A stretch of DNA of 63,219 bases, counting the filler, from Lenisia limosa (Eukaryota > Protista > Breviatea): the NCBI GenBank assembly GCA_001655205.1. It is 20 parts of 20 records of this genome, joined end to end, with 100 filler letters (N's around TTAATTAATTAA, not from the genome) between each part and the next. Parts side by side here need not be neighbours in the genome. Positions count along the whole stretch, not along the records: positions 1 to 2,709 come from LPNZ01011141.1; positions 2,810 to 6,528 come from LPNZ01010248.1; positions 6,629 to 10,809 come from LPNZ01002147.1; positions 10,910 to 15,421 come from LPNZ01011289.1; 16 more parts are not named here. One strand, given 5' to 3'. The notes beneath the pieces were generated by a model. The model did not search any database and was not told the origin of the DNA. It was given only the letters and a program-made list of their open reading frames with translations. Positions 1 through 12,183 of this stretch are shown here, piece after piece (the first letter of the stretch is position 1; each line of letters begins with the position of its first letter). The position numbers were made by a program, and so were the translations under genes.

Positions 1-669
1 CCAACAAAATTTCAAGCCCACACCTAATCTATCTAATTCTCAAAACTGGACCAGCATTATACTGTTTTTAGGGTTAATGTCAATTTCTTTTTCTTTGTCT
101 CCTCTTTGTTCTTTGTACAGACTGTTTCCCATCCCCTTTCCAAATAGTTAATTCAAAACATGTTTTTGTAACCCAAAACGCGGATTTGTCGTTTCAAAAA
201 TTCGCGAATTTGATGAATATACACCTGGTATAACCCGGCATCGTGTAGAGACGACCCAATCACCCCATTTTTGGCCGTTTTGGTGATGAGATAAACCTAT
301 TGTACCTAAAAGCCCCGTTTCGGTTGCTGTGTAATATTCTCCGATATCAGAAGCTATATGACCTTATATTGCCATATTATTGATATCCTATTTCATACTA
401 TCCTTTTAGGAACAGAAACTCCCAAAGTAGATCCTTAGCATTCGACATCATGGGAGTAGGCGTTCTTCTCGACACATGGTGATTCAAGTAGTTTCCTCAA
501 GTAGCTAGCTAACCAATCTCTCTAAGTGTGTTCGTGAAGTCCTCCTGTTTCTATCGTTTTCTGTGGGTGTTTTTCTTTGTGTACAGTCAACCGCCGGATC
601 TCTATGATCCTAGTTTCAAAGAGACTTTACTGCAAAAAAACAAACAAAAAAAAAAACAACAACAACAAC

Positions 670-2349
670 CCCATACGACAATATCGCCATTGATGAGCTG
701 GAGTCTTGGCGAGAACCCCACGAGGTAGCCCGGCATGAAGCATCGGACCTTGAAGTGCGCCGCTTTGAGCTCGTGGTAGATGGCTGCTGTGATGGCTTTG
801 TCGATCTCTGAAGACGGCAAATGCGAACACTGCGGACGGTGAGGGAGTATGCGGGGAGGGGGGAGGATCAAAATTGGAAAATTTTTGAAACAATAAAGCC
901 CAAATCAACTCTGTNNNNNNNNNNNNNNNNNNNNNNNNNNNNNNNNNNNNNNNNNNNNNNNNNNCAAGGGGCTGTTGAGGCAAGCAGCGGCCGAAACGCA
1001 CCACCTACCAAAGAACTCAAACAAAATTCAACTACACTGGCCGTGATAACACAAATACAATACAAATAAAGCCCAGGCCAACAATACAAATAAAGCCCAG
1101 ACTGTCACATNNNNNNNNNNNNNNNNNNNNNNNNNNNNNNNNNNNNNNNNNNNNNNNNNNNNNNNNNNNNNNNNNNNNNNNNNNNNNNNNNNNNNNNNNN
1201 NNNNNNNNNNNNNNNNNNNNNNNNNNNNNNNNNNNNNNNNNNNNNNNNNNNNNNNNNNNNNNNNNNNNNNNNNNNNNNNNNNNNNNNNNNNNNNNNNNNN
1301 NNNNNNNNNNNNNNNNNNNNNNNNNNNNAAAGACTAAAGTTGAAGAAGAAAGAGAAACTAAAGTTGAAGGTGAAAGAGAAACTAGAGTTGAAGGTGAAAG
1401 AGAAACTGGAGTTGAAGATGAAAGAGAAACTAGAGTTGAGAAAGAATAAGCCCCCATCCAAGTCAACAAACTCCCTTTCTCACCCCCCAATACCACAACG
1501 TTAAAAAGGAGCACTGAATTGATATTAATTTTATCGTTTACCTGCATCTCTCTATCTCTGTTCAGCATATCCTCCACCCCATGTTTCAATTAACGGACCT
1601 TTACGCCAGTATTCTTCCCCGANNNNNNNNNNNNNNNNNNNNNNNNNNNNNNNNNNNNNNNNNNNNNNNNNNNNNNNNNNNNNNNNNNNNNNNNNNNNNN
1701 NNNNNNNNNNNNNNNNNNNNNNNNNNNNNNNNNNNNNNNNNNCCTGCTCGATCCCGTTGTCAATCTGATGGTGAGTTTTCATTTGGCATTATTGTTACAA
1801 CTGATTGAATATTTCGCAATTATTCGACAATTAATATTCTCTATCCGATTGTTGATTATATTTGTAGTAGGCTTTCCATATTTCAATTCATCAGTTGAAG
1901 CTAGGGCTTCACTTCGGTTCGAAAAATTCTGGTAAAATATCGATAGTTTTCGAAGATTTATCGAGAAATTCAATCTTTTTTTTGAACCGACGTGAAGCCC
2001 TAGTTGTTGCCACCCCCCCAATCTCACATTAATAACATAGACTGATTTGGAGTGAACACCGGTCTCTTCGATTCTGCACTGTGAGAAAAATATTGAAAAT
2101 TGGAAAAAGGAACTGTCAGACCCCCCAAAGGCTGTAAGATACCCCCCAAAGGCTGTCAGAGACCTCCCACAGGCTCCACATTCCCAACCCTCGTGTGTTA
2201 TCAGACAACAGAGATGATTTGGGCTTTTTTTTGTTTTATAAATTTTCCAATGATACCCTCACCCCCACAAGCTGTCCACGTCATCGTCTGAGTGTGAGGC
2301 TTCCATAGATGAGGTTTCTGACTCCTCAAAAAGCTGAAGTTCCGAACCT
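670..2349 (-). CDS. Partial spliced hypothetical protein
   Basis: Exon 829-670 (ccgtccgcag| ... |gttgtt) reads CSHLPSSEIDKAITAAIYHELKAAHFKVRCFMPGYLVGFSPRLQLINGDIVVW with C-ending codon bias. An acidic exon at about 2349-2270 (SELQLFEESETSSMEASHSDDDVDS) may belong to the same gene. No family recognised. Confidence 0.5.
1329..1446. repeat. 24-bp minisatellite (GAAACTAGAGTTGAAGGTGAAAGA-like), about 5 copies
   Basis: Tandem units are visible directly. The + frame reads ETRVEGER repeats ending in TAA; coding status unknown. Confidence 0.85.
1902..2002. mobile_element. MITE family A (hAT-like), ~100 bp
   Basis: TIRs TAGGGCTTCACTTCGGTTCGAAAAA ... TTTTTGAACCGACGTGAAGCCCTA. The 8-bp flanks GTTGAAGC/GTTGTTGC match at 6/8. 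Confidence 0.85.
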
Positions 2350-2898
2350 GTGGGGGGGGGGGGGGGNNNNNNNNNNNNNNNNNNNNNNNNNNNNNNNNNN
2401 NNNNNNNNNNNNNNNNNNNNNNNNNNNNNNNNNNNNNNNNNNNNNNNNNNNNNNNNNNNNNNNNNNNNNNNNNNGGCTAACAACACATGAGGGCTGAGAA
2501 TAAAATACAAGGACAGAACGAAACAGAAACAGTGGGTTTGGTAACACTGAGAACTCATATTGCGGGGATACTATTAATTCTAATGGATAATTAGTATCAC
2601 CACAACTACCAATATCATTGACATCATCAACATCATCAGCATCACCAACATCATCATCAGTATCATCATCAGTATCATCATCAGCATCACCAACATCATC
2701 ATCAGTATCNNNNNNNNNNNNNNNNNNNNNNNNNNNNNNNNNNNNNNNNNNNNTTAATTAATTAANNNNNNNNNNNNNNNNNNNNNNNNNNNNNNNNNNN
2801 NNNNNNNNNGGACAGGTAAGTCAGCATCGGTGATATGGGGGACAGGATATTGAAGCGAAGAAGCAGCTTTAAAGGGGGGGGGGGATGAGGGGTATATC

Positions 2899-2991
2899 TT
2901 GAGCTTCGGTTCAAAAAAAACTATGGAAAAAATTGACATTTTCGAGGATTTATCGACAAATTCTGTCTTTTTTCGAACCGATGAAGCCCCA
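2899..2991. mobile_element. MITE family A copy
   Basis: Same internal core (TCGAGGATTTATCGA) and TIR. Flanks GGTATATC/GGTATATG match at 7/8. Confidence 0.75.
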
Positions 2992-5189
2992 GGTATATGA
3001 GGTGGTTAAAGCAGGTTATAGTTTCAAAACCTGGCTCGGTCGAAGGACAAAAAGAACCATAAACGAGCATAACTTGCGTGATTTTGATTTAGTGTATTTA
3101 AAAGTAATTATTATAAAGATAAAAGAACAGCAATGGAATTTTCATAATGTCCTAAATTTTAGGTAAATTCTTGTAAAAAGTAGTAATAATATGACGTCAC
3201 CGTAGTTTGTGTTCGGATATCCGTGACAATTTTCTCGAACTGTAACCTGCTATAAGGGATTTTGGTCTGTGATTGGGGTATATAGGCTGGATTATTAGGT
3301 GGTTGAATTAGCTTGTTCAATTGAGTTTAACATTCCTTGAATTGGCTTAAGTTTCACATTTCCAGGTGGGATCCTCGCACAAATGGTTATATATACGTGT
3401 ATACTTTCTTTAATTGTTTTTTTAGTTTAATGTACTTTTCGCAATTCCTTGAAATCATTGTTGTGTTCTTGAGAGAGTTTTTTTTAATATAATTTTCGTG
3501 TTTTTTTTATTTTTAATACTTATATTTTTGCTGGTAACACTACGGGAATTTTTATGAAAATTTTGAGATACCCTCTAATAACATACTAAATGGGGTTTTG
3601 GAGGAACACATATCTTGGTTAAGGCGAATCAATTTGGGATTCCTGTGTAATAGTTGGGCATTTCTTCCGATTTAGACAATTACATGCGATTCACTTGCGA
3701 CATAGTGAAACTAATAGATACCATAATACACCCTTCCTCAAAAATCATGTGTGAGGTAATTAAAAATAACTCGCTTGTTGATATTTTCAGCTCTTGTTGA
3801 GGCCGTCACGTGGTAACTTGGTAATTCATATAACAAATAATGCAAGATCTAGTTCTTTAGCATTTAAACTTTTTCATCAGACTTAAGTAGAGTTTCACTC
3901 TGGTTCAAAAAAACAGGGTAGTTTTCGAGGATTTATTGAGAAATTTAGTCTTTTTGGAACCGAAGTGAAGCCGATCAATGTGCTGGTGTGTGTTGGAATT
4001 TTTATTCACATACTGAATTTGAGTGATTTGGATTGGCCTCTCTGTGACTACGTATATTCAACCCCAATACCCGTTGGACCTTGTGGAACAATTCAACACT
4101 TACCTGTGGAGGAATTTCCGCAAGTACTTCGAAAATCATGTATATTTACAGAACAGAGACAGTAAACAGCATAAAAATAAATAAAAGAGAACAATCTAGA
4201 CCATATTAATAATAAAGGGAACTACCAAACGCGACAGGTGGAATCCGCTGTAACGTAGTACCTGTCACCCTCCCTAAAACGTGAATTGATTGGAATGATT
4301 TGGATCAAGTAGTTTACTCTTATAAATCTGTCTGGTAAATACTGTGTAAACTACCTCAAGGTCTTAAATTATGTTGCTATTTATTTCCTTTCATTAAATC
4401 TCCAATTGCCCTAAAAACAAAAAAAAGAGAGTCACAAAAGAATTGAATACGAAATATTTCGGAAATTTAATGTATTATTTTCCAGACTTACTGGCAACCG
4501 AACGTCCGAGTAAACTTCTCATGGTTACGAGTTGTCTAGTAGGCTCTAAACTCGTAGTTGGCGTGAACGTCTCTTTTAAGCTGGGGGAGAAAGTTAGNNN
4601 NNNNNNNNNNNNNNNNNNNNNNNNNNNNNNNNNNNNNNNNNNNNNNNNNNNNNNNNNNNNNNNNNNNNNNNNNNNNNNNNNNTTTAAAAATTGTCAATTA
4701 TTAGTAAACTTTTCACTATTGAGCAAAGTTGAAGTGGATCATATTGCAACAAGAACTCTGTTTCACGCATATTAAATTTTTGTCTCGCCTTACCCAAATA
4801 CACTGTTTCAAGGTTTTTTAAAAGAGATCCAGATATTGATACATTTCTATGACTTTGTTGATGAATGCAAACTTGGGACTCTCTAAATTGCAATCACAAT
4901 TATCATATCTCCAGATATATCGGATACGTCCGCTTCTCTATTATACTATATCATATTGAGATGATCAAAAAAAAAACAAGGTTGTATCAGGTCGAAGCCG
5001 CCCACACCATCACGCTGATAAGAGATATTGGATTATAGTACCTGGCCGAAGCCGTCTCCACACAATCACGCTTAAGGGATATTGACATGGTGCGCTGTCG
5101 TAAGTTGTCGTGATGCTGATTGCGTTTGAAGTCTCAGCATTGAGATTCCAACAATACAATATTGAAGCTCCGGATTTCTTGGATATTGT

Positions 5190-6055
5190 TTCCACTAACA
5201 TAGAATTTGGTGTTACTTTCAGAAGACGTATAGCACCAGGCTTGACTCCATGCCATAAAAGGCAAGTGGTCGTTTGAAAGGTTGTAAGCTTCCTAATATG
5301 GTAAATGGCATTAAAATAAATATTGTTATTCCAAAAAAGGAAAGTCGTGAGTGATATTTATGTTACACCTACCTTGGTAGCGGCGTCCTCAACTTTCCAG
5401 TCAATTTCGGGGTGTGCTTTGCGGTAGATCTCATATCCGATTATGGAAGCGCGAAGGCCCCCGTTATCGGCCTAATATCGTAAATATCAATGATATTATC
5501 GACTAATTGCTAATATCAAGATAATTATTAAAAATAAAACGATAGATCTGTCCAAGCATCAACAGCATTATCATGAATCCGGCCAAGCATCTTGATAATG
5601 AATATCACAACTCCGTGAAAATAATTTTTAGAAGAGATTAATTAACAATTTTAAAGTAATATGTCAAAGAGTTCTGTTTAAAATATGCTCCAATTCATAA
5701 TTTTTTTAAAAATAGAACTTCACTTTCGGTTCCGAAACACCTGTAAAATATCGATATTTGTCGAGGATTTATTGAGAATTCTGTCTTTTTTGAACCTAAA
5801 TTGAAGCTCTAAAAAAATATACTATCTCAAATAACTACATTGAATCCAAATTGATATTCAACGTGAAGCACGAAACGGGTTGATTGTAATCACCTCCCTC
5901 ACTGCCCTCTCCTTACCTCCTCCCCCTCTCTTACCACCCACTCACACTGCTCTCTCCGCCATTCCCCCACTAACAATATTTTCTCCAAGAGTCTTTTTGC
6001 CATCTTGTTTGGCTGAAATCAAGTAGCTCTCTTTGTTCCCTCCGGGGTATGCCTG
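5190..6055 (-). CDS. Partial spliced hypothetical protein
   Basis: GT-AG bounded segments read AYPGGNKESYLISAKQDGKKTLGENI, IYRKAHPEIDWKVEDAATK and EAYNLSNDHLPFMAWSQAWCY. No family recognised; coordinates approximate. Confidence 0.35.
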
Positions 6056-6628
6056 TAATAAGTAAATTGACCAAAAAAAATGCATTAAGTCTCTATCTAA
6101 ACAAAGACCAAAAAGATAATAAACTGGACAGATATAGAAACACCAATAAATAATATTCAGATATGCTTATGTCATATGTATCATTTATAGTAGTTGACAA
6201 CAATATCATATATGTGGGTCCTCAAAGCTCCGGACATCATTCAAAATTCCCGGACACATCAAAACTCCCGGACAGCTTGAAGTTGACACCTTGTATAGGC
6301 CATTGCTAGTGTTTTTTGAAAAATGCTTCGACAGATACATAGAGAAATGGACCTCCTAATGTTCCCATAACTTTTTTTTTTTCAGTTTTGAGCAAATGTC
6401 AAAAATCCGTGAATTTGGTCTCCCGGCGTTCCCCCTTTTGCCTTTTCACAGGATTTTTTTTCTGAATATTACCCTCTTTTAGTGTTAAGAAACAAAAATT
6501 TGTACCCCTCGGAGTAATTGGTTCCGGGNNNNNNNNNNNNNNNNNNNNNNNNNNNNNNNNNNNNNNNNNNNNTTAATTAATTAANNNNNNNNNNNNNNNN
6601 NNNNNNNNNNNNNNNNNNNNNNNNNNNN

Positions 6629-9600
6629 TCACATTCCTGGATAACGTATACGGCATGGACTACACCGCCACTGTGACCGTCAAGGTCTCGCTCCCACTCC
6701 CTACTGCAAGAGAGGTCAGCTATCTGATTGGATTTTTATATACATTATTACACATTTGATTTTTGTTATTTTTTAAAAAATAATAATAGAGTATTTATCG
6801 TTTGGATATATCGATATATATTTTATCGTTTGGATATATCGATATATATTTTATCGTTTGGATATATCGATATATATTTTATCGATATTATACATTTGAT
6901 TCTTGTTGTTGTTGTTGTTTGTTGTTATGTCGTTACATTTAACTGTTTCCAGGCGTCTACTGTTCAGTTCTCTACTCCAGACCCGATTTTGCCGTCTTGT
7001 GATGCCCCAACTGTACGCTTTTTAGATTTGCTTGAACTTCTGCTCTTCTTTACCCCTGACAACCTTGCTTTTTGTTTGTCAACCTTGTTTTTGTTTCATA
7101 AATTTTTCAGTTTCACTCCTCACCCCCTCACCGCTTTGATTAGCTTGATTTCTTTCTGTCTTCCCTCCCGCTTTGATTAGCTTGATTTCTTTCTGTCTTC
7201 CCTCACCGCTTTGATTAGCTTGATTTCTTTCTGTCTTCCCTCACTGCTTTGATTAGCTTGATTTCTTTCTGTCTTCCCTCACCGCTTTGATTAGCTTGAT
7301 TTCTTTCTCTCTGTTCTCTCACCCCTTAGATCACGGATGTCGCATTTGGTGCTGCAACCGCTAACTTTGCCCCTTCCACATCATGGCAACCCCGCACGTC
7401 CTTGACTTTCTTCAAGGTGGGTGTACGAAACACAATTCTCTTGGATGATTGGTGGATTGAAAACTGGCCGCTGTATATTAAGGGGAGGCTCATCGCAGTG
7501 AACAGGATAAGTCCTGACCGTGTGATTTCCGGAGGAAAATCGGTCAAGACTTATCTCGGTCACTGTATATTACACCTTGCTCACCACCATCAAAACTCAC
7601 TATATAGTACACCATCACCACCTCCACTGCCACCATCAGCCAACTGGCCCCGGGCGTGACTTCCGTTGATATCTGCGCTGAAGTGGCGTGTACGCAAGGC
7701 CTTGAAATTATGGTATCTACGCAAGTCTGCTACCGTGAATGGTGCACGGCCAGTTCACCCGAACAAGTCGTTGTTCTTCCCGGCACGCCGCCTACTCCTC
7801 CCTCCGGTTTTGCTCTTGAGAAGTATAGTGGCGCCACTTTTGTTACGTGAGAGGGGGGGGGGGGCTTATTTCGTATGTAAACATCACTCACGGGCCACAT
7901 TTTGAAGAAGTCCTTAATATCTTCTGACCTAAAAAAGAAGGTAACTCAATATCTCAAAATAAAGTCATTAACTAACGCAATTCTATTGTAAACTGTCTTG
8001 ACTATATCACTGATTTGGAATGGGAAGGGAGAGAAGTTCCTTGTTGGCAAAGAGTTTGAAAGCTTGGGAAGGTTTCATATTTGAATGAGTCTTGAATATA
8101 TTGAAATATAAGTTGGCGGTAGGTTCTTGACCTTTTCTCAAAAAAAAACAAACAACTATGCTTGTAAATTCTATCATTCCGTCTTATTTTCAATAATTAG
8201 TAAATATTGAACAACATATCATAATAGGAGTAGAGTTTCACTTCGGTTCGAAAAAGACTAGTAAAATATCGGTTGTTTTCAAGGATTTATCGAGAAAATC
8301 TGTCTTCTTGTGAGATGAATAATATATTTTCTTTTTTAATCATTTAAAAGGTGTGAGGGGAGGGGGGGTAAACTTTATATCTGCGATAAATCTTGATAGT
8401 AATCGAATTTTGCAGCCGAAGTAATCCCTAACTTTTACTGACCCTGCAGCTGGACAACTTCTGAGACTTCTACGACCGGCCCAGTTTCCTACGTCTTTAA
8501 CACGGATATTGACTCGGCGTTGCAGGAGGTTGCTTCCCCCCAGGTTAAGGGAGCGTGGTGGTGTTATCATGAGGGCTTTACTCCCGGTTACGGCTCTAGA
8601 TTTTTCGGAACTGAAAGTGAAGATTTACACACAACAGAAATAACCACCATACCATATTATGTCTGATCAATGAAAGAATCTTCTTTTTCTTGTTTCTTTG
8701 GTGTTTTTAAACCATCAGACAGAGGTATTCTTTCTTGATGTTTCTTACGTGTTTACTTTAAATAACCATAGAAATCTTCTTTCTTCCTGCCTATTTCGTG
8801 TGTAACCGCGTAGATCTGGATTGTTGCCGCCTCTTCAAATGTGCAACTTTCAGTCTATGCAATCGGCTCCGGCGGCACCTCCGCTGTTGCAAGTTGGGGG
8901 GGGGGGGGCTTTGTGTTATTTCTTGGAAAAAAATTTTTTAAAAAAAAATAAAGGAGTAATTTATTTATTTCTTGGAAAAAAGAGGGTGGGTGTTGTTTCT
9001 TGATGGAGGGATTGCTTGATCCACAAACTTTATTAACGTGGTCTTTTCTGCTTATTTCTGCTTTTCCTAAACTTACAATTCAGCCACCATTGTGACCTTC
9101 TTGGGAGATAAAAGATCAGTCGAGAGATCCGCCCTGCTTTCAGTCAACTCAACAGCTGAGGTAAACTAATACTAGAGCTTCACTTTGGTATATTTTCTTG
9201 CGCTTTACTTCAAAAAAGACCTAATCCTAGATAAATCCTTGATAAATCCTCGATAAGTACCACAGTATATTCCACTCTTCTTTCGGAAACGAATAAACTC
9301 TTGAAGTTTCTAGTTCTTAACCCCATTTTTGACTGTTTGCAGGCGGTCCAGTTCTCCGGAAGCAAACTCCTGGCTTCTCTATCTCTGTCCACTGAGGCAT
9401 CAACTTTTGTTGAGCTCACAGCCACGTCTAACACTGCTGACATTGGCCTCTCGAACACCTCTCCTAACATGGTGTCGGTGATCAAGGTAGGGGGGTAAAA
9501 CAAAGGAAATTTCGATTAAGAATCAACTCTATTTCATCATGCAACTGGAGCGAACAAACTTTCTATTCTGTATTTTTTAAAAAATAATTTCGGTCATCGG

Positions 9601-10809
9601 TTAGATGGGAAAATATTATATCTCAGTTTCGGTTATGATTGAACCGAACCGAAGTAAAGCACTAATAGTTTAAAGAGAAATTATATGATACACTACATAA
9701 ACAAATCAATACTATAGGGATACCATAAACAAATTATCCTACTCTCACCCCCACCCNNNNNNNNNNNNNNNNNNNNNNNNNNNNNNNNNNNNNNNNNNNN
9801 NNNNNNNNNNNNNNNNNNNNNNNNNNNNNNNNNNNNNNNNNNNNNNNNNNNNNNNNNNNNNNNNNNNNNNNNNNNNNNNNNNNNNNNNNNNNNNNNNNNN
9901 NNNNNNNNNNNNNNNNNNNNNNNNNNNNNNNNNNNNNNNNNNNNNNNNNNNNNNNNNNNNNNNNNNNNNNNNNNNNNNNNNNNNNNNNNNNNNNNNNNNN
10001 NNNNNNNNTACTTCCTACCAGGTCACGAATGGATACAAACTTATGGGCTTCTCCTCAGCTGTTTCTTCAGCTGGCCTGGACTACTTCACGGGTGGGAGAG
10101 TCTTTTCATTTGTTTCGTAAATTTTCCATTTTTATTATGTCTATCGATATGTACGTCTGTCATCTGGTTTTTATCTAGTTTGAACGTTTTTTGCTCGTGA
10201 TCATTCGTTTCGTAATTAGTATCACCTTTACGCCAATATTCTTCGAAATGTCCTTAATTCACCCCCCCCCCCTCNNNNNNNNNNNNNNNNNNNNNNNNNN
10301 NNNNNNNNNNNNNNNNNNNNNNNNNNNNNNNNNNNNNNNNNNNNNNNNNNNNNNNNNNNNNNNNNNNNNNNNNNNNNNNNNNNNNNNNNNNNNNNNNNNN
10401 NNNNNNNNNNNNNNNNNNGTCCGGAGGCGCAATTGCGTACTCCGACGTCAACGCCACGCTCACGTGCGACCTTTCGAGCGGACCCGTTCTGGTTGGGGGG
10501 GAGGGGGGTATGATGAGGGAGTGGGTAATAGTGGGTCTTAAGACTTTTAGAGACGTTTTTTTTTTGAACCTTTCCACTAGAAAGGCAAACAAGATTATAT
10601 TGAAAAAAAGAGTGGATTAGCGAGGGGTCTCGATAAATCCATGCGACTACTCTTTTGGTATCTGTGGGTGTTTCTCCAGTTCATCCGCGATCCTAGTTTC
10701 AATAACTTTGTTGCAAAAATAATGTTGTTCTGGTGATCTATTCAACAAGCATTCACAACCTCCCCTACCAGGTCCGAGCCACGGTCACCGCCGGAATGAA
10801 GATCGAGCT
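6629..10809 (+). CDS. Large extracellular beta-rich protein with fibronectin-III-like segment (partial, 10 or more exons)
   Basis: In-phase GT-AG exons include ...VVVLPGTPPTPPSGFALEKYSGATFVT|WTTSETSTTGPVSYVF...|IWIVAASSNVQLSVYAIGSGGTS (FN3-like P-x-P start, W, Y and terminal V-x-A-x-x-x-G-x-S pattern). A later exon reads SGGAIAYSDVNATLTCD. Confidence 0.65.
6794..6884. repeat. 28-bp intronic tandem repeat TTTATCGTTTGGATATATCGATATATAT, about 3.3 copies
   Basis: Units start at 6794, 6822, 6850 and (partial) 6878. Confidence 0.9.
7126..7310. repeat. 38-bp intronic tandem repeat CCTCACCGCTTTGATTAGCTTGATTTCTTTCTGTCTTC, 5 copies
   Basis: Near-identical adjacent units with no spacers, just upstream of the acceptor ccccttag at about 7329. 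Confidence 0.92.
7496..7565. mobile_element. MITE family C (CAGTG-ended, pogo/Tc1-like), ~70 bp
   Basis: CAGTGAACAGGATAAGTCCTGACCG ... CGGTCAAGACTTATCTCGGTCACTG followed by TA. Related to the copy at 57744-57817. Confidence 0.7.
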
Positions 10810-10909
10810 NNNNNNNNNNNNNNNNNNNNNNNNNNNNNNNNNNNNNNNNNNNNTTAATTAATTAANNNNNNNNNNNNNNNNNNNNNNNNNNNNNNNNNNN
10901 NNNNNNNNN

Positions 10910-11252
10910 GCCATCCAACTCTGGGAACTGGTGTATTCGAACAAGTACAAGGACCTGAAGAAATGGACCGGATTCATCTCGAAAGAGAAGAAACTCATAT
11001 CCAAAGGTTGGCTAACTTGTTGGATATTTGACCAAAAGTGTGATTGTTTTTTTGGAACTTGTATTCTCTTTGCTTCATCGCTCAGACGTGTGGCAAATGT
11101 TCCATGTATTTGCCCAGAGGTTCCCTGACCTGGAGTCCCTCAAGAACTATGATGACGAGTCGTCAATGCCTGTTATCATCGACGCCTATGTCGAATACCT
11201 CAAGTTGGTTAACCGGGCTTCTCTCTTGAAAGAGCAAGAAAATATGCAATAA
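10910..11252 (+). CDS. DCN1: DCN1-like protein, C-terminal cullin-binding (PONY) domain (partial)
   Basis: Splicing 11007-11085 gives AIQLWELVYSNKYKDLKKWTGFISKEKKLISKDVWQMFHVFAQRFPDLESLKNYDDESSMPVIIDAYVEYLK, which follows the DCUN1D pattern AI.YW.LV...I.KD.W...NYDEEGAWPVLIDDFVE. Confidence 0.85.
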
Positions 11253-12183
11253 ACCTAGGGCGATGCACCGGAGACAGATATCACCTACGGAGCCAGAATC
11301 ACTCACTTCGGTTCATAAAAAAACAATCTCTCGATAAATCCTCAAAAACCATCGACATTTTACTTGTATTTTTCGATCGAAGTGAAGCTTTACTGATATC
11401 TTAATATTCTCGATGTTAGCAGTGTATTTGCAACATATCATGCCCCCCCCCCCAGAANNNNNNNNNNNNNNNNNNNNNNNNNTGAGATGCTGAGGGGAAG
11501 GGAGGGGGGGAGGGGGAGAGAGGGATTCCCATAAATTTCTTCGAATTACCATAAAATTTCATGGTATTCCCATTTAAAATATGGGAATTTTTTCTAACGT
11601 TTTTACAAGAATCCTCGTAGATGCGCCAAAGTGAATTGAGAAACATAGTCACTTAATTCATTTCTTTGGGTCACCTGTACTCCCCCCCCCCCCCNNNNNN
11701 NNNNNNNNNNNNNNNNNNNNNNNNNNNNNNNNNNNNNNNNNNNNNNNNNNNNNNNNNNNNNNNNNNNNNNNNNNNNNNNNNNNNNNNNNNNNNNNNNNGC
11801 AGAGTAAGTAGCACACACGGCCAAGTGAGAGTGCACGTAACTACTAAGAACGTAGACGTATTTAATGTAATTCCTGTCGGTCCTGCTGTATCAAACATAT
11901 CATATGGTACCAAAAGCCCAGAAACTGTTAATGGAGATTAGGGTGAAGTGTAAATCAGTTCCACTGGTGTGGGTGGGTGATTCCTTTCAGGGGTTATTTT
12001 TTTTGTCTCGACTTATTCCACTTTTCATGTTGCCAAGGCTTAGAGGAAGTATTTGAGGGTAAGAGTTGCCTCTTCTCTTCAAATCCAAAAAAATAAAATA
12101 ACTTTACTATCTTAATGAAGAACCATAATTACAATTTGAGCAAAGGGCTTGACGAGAGAGTCAGACATAATATTCTTAGCCCT

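Noticed and set aside
3180-4900. Possible decayed retroelement on an AT-rich stretch
   Set aside because: Short broken frames only; no RT, endonuclease or integrase motif could be recognised.
11800-11941. Short ORF RVSSTHGQVRVH... as an exon
   Set aside because: No convincing splice boundaries or family similarity; it lies between convergent 3' ends.
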